A stretch of 64,000 nt of DNA from the human T2T-CHM13v2.0 reference genome, Homo sapiens. The position numbers and the translations under genes were made by a program. Of the stretch, positions 1 to 11,950 are shown piece after piece. The stretch is taken from assembly GCF_009914755.1 (NCBI RefSeq), contig NC_060934.1; one strand, written 5' to 3'. The first letter of the stretch is position 1; each line of letters begins with the position of its first letter. The notes beneath the pieces were generated by a model, which was given only the letters and a program-made list of their open reading frames with translations, was not told the origin of the DNA and ran no database searches.

Positions 1-151
1 CAAGGAAGAAATTGCTCAGATCTCATTTAAAAGCTTTTTGGTTGAAAATATACTTTTCTAAATGAAATATGAAGTCATTTTGCCTTAATAATGCCAAATT
101 GCGGCTGCAATACAATGTCCTCAGCAAAGTTTTATTTCATGTACAACGCCA

Positions 152-170
152 TGCTGCCATCTACTGGCTA
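152..170 (-). promoter_or_regulatory. Candidate CTCF binding site
   Basis: Minus strand reads TAGCCAGTAGATGGCAGCA, a full match to the CTCF core CCASYAGRKGGCRS, in non-repeat sequence. Confidence 0.5.
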
Positions 171-562
171 TTGCTTGAATTTTCTTTGACAGGTTTTTTA
201 GTCATATCACTGGACAACTTAATTGACGATTTACTGGGACAGTAAAATATATTTAAAATGCCCTATAACAAAATTTAAACACAATATAAATACTTAGATG
301 ATACAGAAGAATCTCAATTTAAATAAAATTTTAAACTCATAGTGTCTAAAAACAGTAAAAAAAAAAAAAACTTGCCTTGTGAAAAAGTTTTATAATATGT
401 CCTGTATGGACCTGGAAAAGGGAGGACAAATTCTATCTATAATGCTGTTCATAGATATCAGTTGCACAAGGAACAAGTTAGGGTCTAAAAACACGTCATT
501 GTATAGCACAGAATAGAAGAAAACATTTCCCTTTTCAACTGAAACCACATTTTTAGGAATAA

Positions 563-1215
<653 letters not shown>

Positions 1216-1245
1216 TGGGAAGTTTCTTTAAAATCTTGTTGGGAG

Positions 1246-1547
<302 letters not shown>

Positions 1548-2529
1548 TTCTTGCTGGGAGTAGATACTGCTTCTGCTCCTCTTCCCACCCCAGATACACC
1601 CCTTCCAGCTATTTCCAAGCTGCTTCTGCTCCTGCTCCTGCTCCTGCTCCCCCAAAACCAAGGAGAATCTGCTAGTCATATTGGCCACAGCCCAAGGCAA
1701 CCATAACCTGCAGGGTGAGTGTACCTTATGAAGGCACAAAGCTGTGCTCCCACGACTCTTTTTCTTGGTTCCATGCATCAGCGAGTATAAAGGGACATAA
1801 TGTCCTTCTTAGGAACTGGCCATTCCTGGCTAATTTTCTGTGCAGAACCACCTAACCCTCTGTTCCCAAGACAGATTCAAGATACCCCAACATAGCTTCC
1901 CAGTTACTAAGAGAGAGCATTTTGCTTCTTGGATTGCCAGTATTCTGACATATGCTCTCCCAGGAACTCCACGGGGAGGAAAAGCATAGAGCAAGTCTAC
2001 CCATCAAAAAACCACCCAGATCAACACCAACTCCTAATAAATACATTAAAAACTGTATTATCAAAAAAAAAATACTTTTTAAGGTACACTGTCTCTACAG
2101 TTCTTTAATAGTATAATGATTTTTACCATAGTAATCATTTAAGCTATAAAAGCACAGGCATCTTAATATGTTTATGGGAACAGTACTTCTGATAACATCC
2201 TAGATAAGTATCTTAAGATAAAATACCAAGGGTAAGAACTATTATAAAAGTTTAGCAAAGTCAGTGAATTGCTTCAAAAATGATATCTTATGTGAAATCA
2301 ATTCAGCTCAACATATTTTTGATACACATCTTTGAAATCTAGAACTAGTTCTCCCAATTGAGTAGGCGGTTGTTTTCTCTAAGGCAGAGCCTTTTAAACT
2401 ACAATCTACTGAGCCCTAGGAGGCCCCTGAAGGTGCCTTAGGAGAGAGCTTTTAGCCACCTCACTACAGCTTCAGCCTGAGCAGCTCTGTGTTTATATGT
2501 TTTTATGCTCTTGTATGTTTTATCTGTTA

Positions 2530-2905
2530 ATCATTCTTGGGCTATTCACAAACACTCCATTTCTCTTTCTTCTAGGTTCATGATAGGATTATATCTCCCT
2601 GCCTGTTCCCTTTGAAGTTAGGGTTGGCTATGGGACTTGTTTCAACCAATGAAATGTGTCACCTTCAGATGGAAGCTCTAAGAGACAGTTCATGATCTGT
2701 CACCTTGCCTTTTGTTCACTGCATGAGAGCACATGTCTAGATGAAGTCTCCATCAGCCTGGGTCCCTGAGGGTCTAGAATGAGCAGAAATCTCCTGCCAA
2801 TTCCCACTAGACAGAAAGCATAAGCAAAAAATATGCACTGATGTACAAAGCCACTGAGATCATCGAGTTATCTGTTACACAGTGCAGCCTATCCTTCTGA
2901 CTGCT
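2530..2905 (+). mobile_element. MaLR solo LTR (MLT1I-like)
   Basis: Motifs ttgaagttagggttggctatgggacttg...ccaatgaaatgtg and catcagcctgggtccctgag...aagccactgagat. Confidence 0.7.
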
Positions 2906-2935
2906 AGATAATTTGCTAAACTTATGCTCTAAGGA

Positions 2936-3157
2936 AGGGATCAACAAACAGTGGCAAGGGGCCAAATCCAGCCTGTTACCTGTTTTTGTAAACGAAATTC
3001 TGTTGGAACACAGCTGCACCCATTCATTTACATATTAGCTAGGCTGCTTTAGAGCTACACCAGCAGAGCTGAATAGCTGTAACAGGGACTGAATAGCTCA
3101 CAAAGTACTATCTACTACTTTACAAAAAAAAAAAAAAAAAAAATTACAAGCTCCTGC
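2936..3157 (+). mobile_element. MER58A hAT-Charlie MITE
   Basis: gggccaaatccagcctg...tttttgtaaacgaaattctgttggaacacagc...cattcatttacatat matches MER58A. Confidence 0.75.
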
Positions 3158-3556
3158 TTTAAAGTCCCATGCTAGCTAGGTGCTGCTAAAGAAAACTAAG
3201 GTGAATAAGATCCATGCCCTTTGACATCAAGTGCTGAATCAGTCAAAATAAACATAAGAAAAAATTTGCTCCCTACATGAAGTACAATAGACATTGGCAT
3301 GCATAGTTCTAATATGCATAATTGTGACAATCCTCTGGCTTCTGTGAAAGATAATGTGAAAAATTTGAAATTTTATGGAGGGAAGGCTTTGAATTAGAGG
3401 ATGGAGAGACTGCTTTGTAGACCAGACACTAATCTAATAATGGACCCCAGGAGGCTGTTTGCAGCAATTGTATCTCATCACAACTTTGTTATTCTCCACT
3501 CCGCTTCAAAGTTTTCAAATAAACTGTCATGAAAGGTCAAAAATATTATGTATCTG

Positions 3557-3845
3557 GGCCCAGCATGGTAGCTCATGCCTGTAATCCCAGTACTTTGGAA
3601 GGCCAGGGCAAAACAATTGCTTGAGTTCAGAAGTTCTAGACCATCCTAGGCAACACAGTGAGTCCTCCATTCCTACAAAATTTTAACAACAACAAAAAAT
3701 AGCCAGATGTGGTGGCACACACCTGTAGTTCCAGCTACTCAGGAGGTTGAGGTGAGAGGACTGCTTGAGCACAGAAGTTTGAGGCTACAGTGAGCTGTGG
3801 TTGAGCCACTGCATTCCAGCCTGGGTGACAAAGCAAATCTAAAAC
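3557..3845 (+). mobile_element. AluJ
   Basis: Diverged Alu with J-type ttgcttgag...gaggctacagtgagc; followed by a (TA)(TG)(CA) microsatellite to about 3918. Confidence 0.88.
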
Positions 3846-4329
3846 AATATATATATAGATATTGTTTTATATATATGTGTGTGTGTTTATGTATGTGAAT
3901 GTGTACACACACACACACAATGTACCTGTCTAAAATTAGCCCTGAAATAAAATTAGCTACTACTGAAATAAAATTAGCTGATAGAAGTAATGAAGTCTTA
4001 GAAACTGTTTTTAGCCAGAAAACAGATACTTTGTGTGTTCAAGGATAACACATCAAGATCAGCAGTCATTCCAGCTTTTGACATAGGGAGCCCACTACAC
4101 TCTCCTATAGAAATTGGTCAAACTGTTTCAGCAAGGGCCTCAGTCAAAACTAACAGAGCTCCTCACATAAAGCCCAAAACTTTAAAGAAATTCATAAAGA
4201 CATTTAATTTGGCAGATTGAGGACATATACAAGAAACATACTTTTTTGAGTAAAATGCAAATGAACTTCATGTTCTATTTTAACAATAACATTGTGAATT
4301 AACATGCATGTTTTTGCTATATAATGCAG

Positions 4330-4575
4330 CACAGATTAGCAATTTAGATAGACTTTGGGGCCAGACTCTCACTTCAAATATGAGCTCTGTTATTTATTAG
4401 CTGCCTGTCCTTGCTGTGGATTTCCTAACTCCTCTCTGCCTCAGTTTTCTCACTGGTAAAATAGAGATAATGAGAGTATCTACTTTGTTGGGTTTTTATG
4501 ATGAAGACTTATATTTGTGGTAGTGCTAAGAATAGTGCCCAGCATATAGGAAGCACTATACAAGTGTTTGCTAAT
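4330..4575 (+). mobile_element. MIR
   Basis: Core ctctgcctcagttttctcactggtaaaatagagataatga...aatagtgcccagcatataggaagcact. Confidence 0.75.
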
Positions 4576-4826
4576 TAAAGGTACCCAACTGTCCTCCCTT
4601 CCACTCTAGGCACTCTGACCTCTCACACACAACAAAACAAACACTCAAATAGTGCTCAGCTAAAAGACTGCTAGTCTAAAAACTAGATACTAAAATCTTA
4701 TAAAATATAATTTTAAGAAAAAAATATTAAACTTACTGATAGTTGTTTAATTTCTGCCTATAAAAATAACAGAATTTTTCTGGAAGAACTGGTATCATCT
4801 TAGTGAGTTCAAAGACTATACTAATA

Positions 4827-5170
4827 GTCTGGGGACAGTGGCTCCTGCCTGTAATCCTAGCACTTTGGGAGGCCAAGTAATCCCAGTGTTTTGGGAGGCC
4901 AAGTAATGCCAGCACTCAAGTAATCCCAGGTGGGAGCATTGCTTAAGCCCAGGAGTTCAAGACACAGCAAGACCTCGTCTCTACTAAAAATAAAAATAAA
5001 ACAATTAGCCAGGCATAGTGGCGCACACCTGTAGCCCTAGCTACTCAGGTGGCTGAGCTAGGACGATCACTTAAGCCCAGGAGATCAAGGCTGCAGTGAG
5101 CCATGATTGCACCACTGCACTCCATCCAGGGCAACAGAAGGAGACCCTGTCTCAAAAACAACAACGAAAA
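4827..5170 (+). mobile_element. AluJ with internal tandem reiteration in the left arm
   Basis: Alu head, repeated GTAATCCCAGCACTTTGGGAGGCCAA units, J-type right arm; TSD about actatacta. Confidence 0.88.
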
Positions 5171-6340
5171 CTATACTACACTAATGAAATTAAAAGAAGG
5201 AGAGATAAAGAACTTGAAAAAGGTCTTATTAAGAAAAAGAACCTTAAACCCTTAATCAAAAGCCAAGGAGAAAAGGAAATAGAGGCAGAGGCATAAATGG
5301 GGGCATGATCGTGTAAAGAGTAACAATTAAGAACAGTATTAGTCAAGTACTGAAATTCCTTGGGAGGTTTTTATTGAGGAGGGAAGACACCAGCTTGTTT
5401 ACCATATTATTGTTTGAGGAGGTGACACCCTTCCAGGCAAAATGTAAAAAAAAAAAAAAAAAACTAAACTGGGCAAAGAAATGGGACCACGAAGGTTCCA
5501 GTCTGATAACTTTGAACCAGGAAGTAGTTAGAAGTCGAAGCAGAGGCAGGATAAAGAACGAAACCAATATCAAAAACTATACTACAGAAAGACTGGGCAA
5601 GGGCTCTCTAGAGACCAGATAGGAGGTGGAGTCTGGGTACGTTCTACAAAGTGCAGGCCTTTACACATTTGCAGTTCCCCAAACACCACTCACGATGGTG
5701 AGCCTCTCCTGATGTGTTTATTTGACCAAATATATATTTTCATTTGTGAAGTATCTTTTCTTCGGTTGTCTTGTTATAATTATAAGAGACCTCTATAATT
5801 TCTAGGTACAAGTTTTTAGATATATATATCATAAATATTTTCTCCTATTCTGTACATTTTCTGTTTTCTTAATATTTTTCAAGAAGCAAAAGTTTTTATC
5901 CTGAGAGTACCCACTTGACGAATTATTCTCTCTTGTAGTCATGCTTTTTGTGTCCTGAGAAATCTCAGACAAGATCACAAAGCCAAGGTCACAAATATTT
6001 TTCTTCTAGTTTTCTTCTAGAAGATTTACAACTTTAGCTTTTATATTTAGGGTTACAATACGTTAGGGTTAGTTTTATAGTATGGTATGGGGTAAAGACT
6101 GGTGTTAATTTTTTTTTTCCCATACAGATTTCCAGTTGTTCCAGTAGTATTTTTTTAAAAGACTTTTATTCCCCCATTAAATTGCCTTGATATTTTTGTT
6201 GAAAATTGATAATATATGTTAGTCTTTAACTGGACTTTCTATGTTGTTCCACTGATGCATGTATCTCTCCTTTCTCCAATTCTGTAGCTTTATAGTAATC
6301 GGGTAATGTGACTCTTTTGTTCTTTTTAAAATGGCTTTTG

Positions 6341-6643
<303 letters not shown>

Positions 6644-7623
6644 CTATTCTAGGTTGAAATGTTTATGGGCATTGCACTGACACTATAGATGAATTCAAGG
6701 AGAAAGCTGAGTCTTCCAATTCATAAATATATCTCTCCATTTGTTTGAGTGTTTTTAAACTTCTTTCAGCCATGTTTTTGTATTTTTCATTGACAGATCT
6801 TGTGCATCATTTAATATTGCATGTTTTTGAATGCTATTGTAAATGAATCTGTTTTTGTATTTTATTTTTAATTGTTTATTGCTACTATATAGAGATACTA
6901 TTGATTTTATATATTTTTCTTATATCCTGCAACCTTGCCAAATTCACTTCTTAGTTCTAGTAGCTTTTATACATTCCAGGGATTTTCTACATAGACAAGT
7001 ATGTTGTCTACAAATAGACAGTTTTACTTCTTTCCAATTTGTACATATTTTATTTTTCTTGCTTTACTACATTAATTAGGATCTCCAGTACCGTGTTGAA
7101 AAGAAGTGAACATTCTTGCCTTCTGCCCAGTGTTAAGGGGAAAGAATTTAGTCTCACCATTAAGTATAATGGTAGCTATGGATTTTTCATAGATGTCTTT
7201 ATTGAAGTTGAGGAAGTTCTATTCCTTATCTGTTGTGAGTGTTTATTATGAATATCAATGGTGTTAAATGATATCATACTATTTTCTTCATTTATTAAGA
7301 TGATCATAAACATTTTCTCCTGTACATTATTGCTATGGTAAATTACATCGATTTCTGAATGTTAAACTTGCTTTCCTGAAATAAATCCTACATGGTCATG
7401 ACATGTTATCCTTTAAAAAATATATTATTGGGCTTGTTTCTGAAGAGTTTTTGAAGTTCTTGTATATCTGTGTTCATACAAGATATTGATTTATAGGTTT
7501 TTTTCCTTATAATGTCTTTAAGTATCAAAACAATTATGAATTTAGAAAATGGATTGAAAAGTATTCCTTCCTCTATTTTCTCAAAGAGTTTGTGTAGGTT
7601 TATTATTATCCCTCTTTTAAATA

Positions 7624-8855
7624 CAGTCATACACTGCACGTTGACATTTTGGTCAATGACAAACCACATATATGATCATGATTCCGTAAGATTTTAAGGG
7701 AGCTGAAAAACTCCTATATCCTGGTGACATCATAGCCATCATAACAGCATAGTGCAACACCTTACTCACAATTACTCACATGTTTGTGGTAAGACTGGTG
7801 TAAACAAAGCTACTGTGCTGCCAGTCATTTGAAAGTATTGTACAATTACATACAGTACATATTACCTGATAATGATAATAAACAATTATGTTACTGCTTT
7901 ATGTATTTACTATAGTATACTTTTTAATCATCATTTTAGAGCATACTCCTATTTATTTAAAAAAAAAAAAGAAAAAAAGGTTAACTGTAAAAGAGCCTCA
8001 GGCAGGTCCTTCTGGAAGTATTCCAGAAGGCACTGTTATCACTGGAGATAGCAGCTCCAGGCATGTTGTTGCCTCTGAAGACCTTCCAGAGGGACAAATT
8101 GCTGAGGTGGAAGATGGTAATATTGATGATCCTAAGCCTGTATACACCTAGGATAATGTGTGTATTTGTGTCTAGCTTTAAACAGAGACGTTTAAAGAGG
8201 AAAAATAAAATGAAAAAAATTTTAAATAGAAAAATGTTTCTAGAATAAAGATACAAAGAAAAAATATTTTTGGACATTTGTACAATATGTTTGTGTTTTA
8301 AGCTAAGTGTTATAAAAACATCAAAAATTTTTTTAAAATTAAAAAGTTTATAAAGTGAAAAATTTACAGTAAGCTAAGGTTAATTTATTATTAAAAATAA
8401 AAATATTTTTATAAATTTAGTGTAGCCTAAGTGTACAGTGTTCATAAAATCTAGAGTAGTGTACAGAAATGTCCTAGGCCTTTACATTCACTCACCATTC
8501 ACCCAGGGACTCACCCAGTGCAAGGACTTCCAGTCCTGCAAGCTCCATTCATGGGAAGTGCCCTACACAGGTGTACCACTGTTTACCTTTTAGACACATA
8601 TTTTACCGTATCTTTTCTATGTTGAGATACATAAATACTTAGCATTGTGTTACAATTGCCTACAGTATTCATTACAGTAACATGCTACACAGGTTTGTAA
8701 CTTAGGAGCAACAGGCTATACCATACAGCCTAGGTATGTAGTCGACTATGCCATCTAGGTCTGTGTAAGTACACTTTATGATACTCGCACAATGACAAAA
8801 TCACCTGATGAATTTCTCAATGTGTATCTGTATCATCAAGCAATGCATGATTCTG
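7624..8855 (+). mobile_element. Tigger3b (TcMar-Tigger) DNA transposon
   Basis: Starts TA|CAGTCAT...ggtcaatgac...agctgaaaaa, ends ...aagcaatgcatgattctg; about 1.2 kb with degenerate terminal inverted repeats. Confidence 0.85.
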
Positions 8856-9513
8856 TTTGATAGAACTCACTAGGAAACCATCTTGGCCAGGGGTTTTGTT
8901 TGTGGAAAGGTTTTTACGACAAACTTAACATTTTAAATAAATGTAGGTCTAGTAAAATTTGCTATTTCTTTTTTTGTCAGATTTGATCATTTGTGTGGTT
9001 CAAAGCATTAGTACCTTTCATCTAAGTTGTTAAATGTATTGGCATAAAGTTGTTAATGATATTCCAGTATTTTCCTTCTAATGTCTGTAGTATTTGTCTT
9101 GTTATTCTCTCTTTATTTTGTGAAAATGGTAATCTGTGTCCTCTCTATTTTTTTAAATCAGTCTAGTTAGAGATTCATCAATCCTACTATCTTTTAAAAA
9201 AAAATCCACTTTTGGTTTCACTGATTTCCCTCTATGGTTTGTCTTTTTGTCTATTTTACTAATTTCTAGTGTAATAATTATTTCCTTCCCTCTGGTTGCT
9301 TAGGGTTTACTTTGTTTTTCCTTTTCTAGTTTCCCAAAGTGTGAATGAATGAGCCTAGATCAATGATTTTGCAGTCTTTCTTTTCTAATAGAAACATTTT
9401 AAAGCTATAAATTTTTCTGTAAGCACTGCTTCAGCTGTACCCTATACAACTTATTTTTTACAAACATTGATATGTGGTATTTTTATTATCATTGAACTCA
9501 AAATATCTAATTT

Positions 9514-10201
9514 CTTTTTTTTTTCTTTGAATCTGGTACCTCTCATGTCGCCTTGACTGGAGTGTAGTAGTGCGATCATAACTCACTGCAGCCTTGATCT
9601 CCTGGGCTCAAGAAATCCCCCTGCTTCAGCCTCCTGAGTAGCTGTGACTACAGGCACATGCCATCTTGCCTGGCTAATTGTTGTTGGTGGTTTTTTGTTT
9701 TTTGTTTTAAGAGATGTATTAGTCCGTTTTCATGCTACTGATAAAGACATACCCAAGACTGGGCAATTTACAAAAGAAAGAGGTTTAATGGACTTACAGT
9801 TCCACATGGCTGGGAAGGCCTCACAATCATGGCAGAGAGCAAGGAGGAGCAAGTCACATCTTATGTTGATGGCAGCAGGCAAAGACAGAGAGCTTATGCA
9901 GGGGAACTCCTCTTCATAAAACCATTAGATTTCGTGAGACTTATTCACTATCACCAGAAAAGGATGAGAAAGATCCGCCCCCATGATTCAATTACCTACC
10001 ACTGGGTCCCTCCCACAACACATGGGAATTATTGGAACTACAATTCAAGACAAGATGTGGGTGGGGACACAACCAAACCATATCAGGAGACAAGGTCTTG
10101 TTCTGTTGCCCAGGCTGGTCTTGAACACCTGGCCTCAAGTGATCCTAAGATCTCTGCCTCCCTAGTCAGTGAGATTACAGGTGCATGCATCATGCCTGGT
10201 C
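9514..10201 (-). mobile_element. AluJ split by a THE1 LTR (9514-9714 and 10086-10201)
   Basis: Right arm and linker lie before 9715; the left arm resumes at 10086 (gagacaaggtcttg...caggctggtcttgaac). Confidence 0.85.
9715..10085 (-). mobile_element. THE1B-like MaLR solo LTR
   Basis: TGTATTAGTCCGTTTTCATGC...GGGGACACAACCAAACCATATCA; 371 bp; 5-bp TSD AGAGA/GGAGA. Confidence 0.9.
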
Positions 10202-11565
10202 TAATTTCCTTTTTGATTTCTTCTTTGACCTATGGTTAATTAGAAGAAAGATATTTAATTTCCAGGTATTTGGGGGTTTTCTAGATATTTTCTTGTTATT
10301 GATTTTAGTTTTATTTTATTGTGGCCAGAGTACACATTCTATAAGATCTCAATCTTTTGAAATCTATTGAAACTGGTTTTAGGGCCCAGTATATGGTCTA
10401 TCTTGTGGAATATTCCATATGCACTCAAAAATAAGGAGTATTCTGTAGTTGTGTGTCGTGTGGTGTAAATATCAATTATATTACAATGGTTATGAATATT
10501 GTTCTAATCTTCTATAGACTTCCTGATTTTTTGGGTTTAATTATATCCAAAAAACTTCATTACTAAGAGATGTGTCTGTAACTATTATATGATTATATCT
10601 ATTTATTCCTTTAGTTTTCTCCTTTTAGTCTCATATATTATGAAACTGTTACTAGGTACATATACATTTATAAGTGTTACATCTTCTTATTTTGACTGTT
10701 TCATTATTATATGCTGCTCATTGACTCTAATTTTACTCCTTATCTTGAAGTCTATAGCCATTCCAACTTTTTTTTTTTTTGCTGTTTCCATGGTGTATTA
10801 TTTTCCACCCTTTTATTGCCAATGTAATTGTATCCTGTTATTAAAAATGCATCTTTGGTAGAGAGCATTACTTGGTCCTTGCTTTTCTTATATAGTCTGA
10901 CAATCTGCCTTTTCATTGGAGTGTTAACATTTAATATAAGTATCCATGTGACTATATTTAGGTTTGCCTTTTAAAAAAAAAAGTCTCATCCTTTTTGTTC
11001 CTTTATTCCTTTTCTCCTGCCTTGTTTTCTATTAATCAAGTATCTTTTTAAAACTCAATTTTATTGCCACTATTGGCTTTCTGCTGTATCTCTTCATTTT
11101 TTTTAGCAGTTGTTCTAGGAATTAAATATGCATCTTTAAATTACCCTTTTCTAATTATAGTTGATACTGAATTCATCCAGGTAAAATATAGGAACCATGT
11201 AATGGCATATTTCTACTGACCTGCCCCCACACACATCCTTAGAACTATTATTGTCATTTATGTTATATTTATATATATTATAAACCAGAGTTATAATATA
11301 GAGTTATAATTTTGTTTTAAGCGATTATAGCTTTCGTATTTACCCACATATTCACCATCTCTGGTGCTCTGCATTCTTTCCTGTGGATCCAAGTTGCAGC
11401 TGGTATCATTTCCCTTCTACCTAAATTTTTTCTCCTGAGTATAGGTCAAATGTTCTTGTTTCTTTGTATGTCTAGTGGGATAATATATGTAGCAACTCTG
11501 GATTGTGTTGCATTTCTCTAAAGTTATTGGTCTTTCATCCTAATAGGCAGTTGACTGGTCTATTA

Positions 11566-11743
11566 GGGGAGGGGAAGGGTAGGGAGGGAAGGAGGGAAGC
11601 AGAGAAGAGGTGAAGAGGTGAGAAAGAAAAGAGAAAGAGAGAGAAAAAGGAAAGGAAAGAAAAGGAAAGGAAAGGAAAGGAAAAAAGAAAAGAGAAAAAA
11701 GAGGCAGGCAGGAGGAGAGGAAGGGGAAGGGACGGGAGGGGAG
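11566..11743. repeat. Purine-rich (GA/GGAAA) low-complexity tract
   Basis: About 180 bp almost exclusively A/G on the plus strand. Confidence 0.9.
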
Positions 11744-11744
11744 G

Positions 11745-11950
11745 ATCTTGTCAACAAATACTACTAAATAGTTCGAAATCTGTATAGGAAAAAATTAACA
11801 ACATTCTTTACCTCAAACTGGACTAAAAAATTAACTCTAAATGAATTGTAGCCCTAAATATAAAAGCTAAAGGTATAAAACTTACGAAGAAAATATCTTT
11901 GTGATCTTGAGTTATGCAAAGATTTCTTGGGACACAAAAAGTAGAATTAA
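11745..11950 (+). mobile_element. L1M ORF2 fragment
   Basis: aaaattaactctaaatgaattgtagccctaaatataaaagctaaa...gaaaatatctttgtgatcttgag. Confidence 0.65.

Noticed and set aside
4030-4110. Possible minus-strand exon (ttctatag|GAGAG...AAA|gtatct)
   Set aside because: Weak donor and no recognisable peptide.
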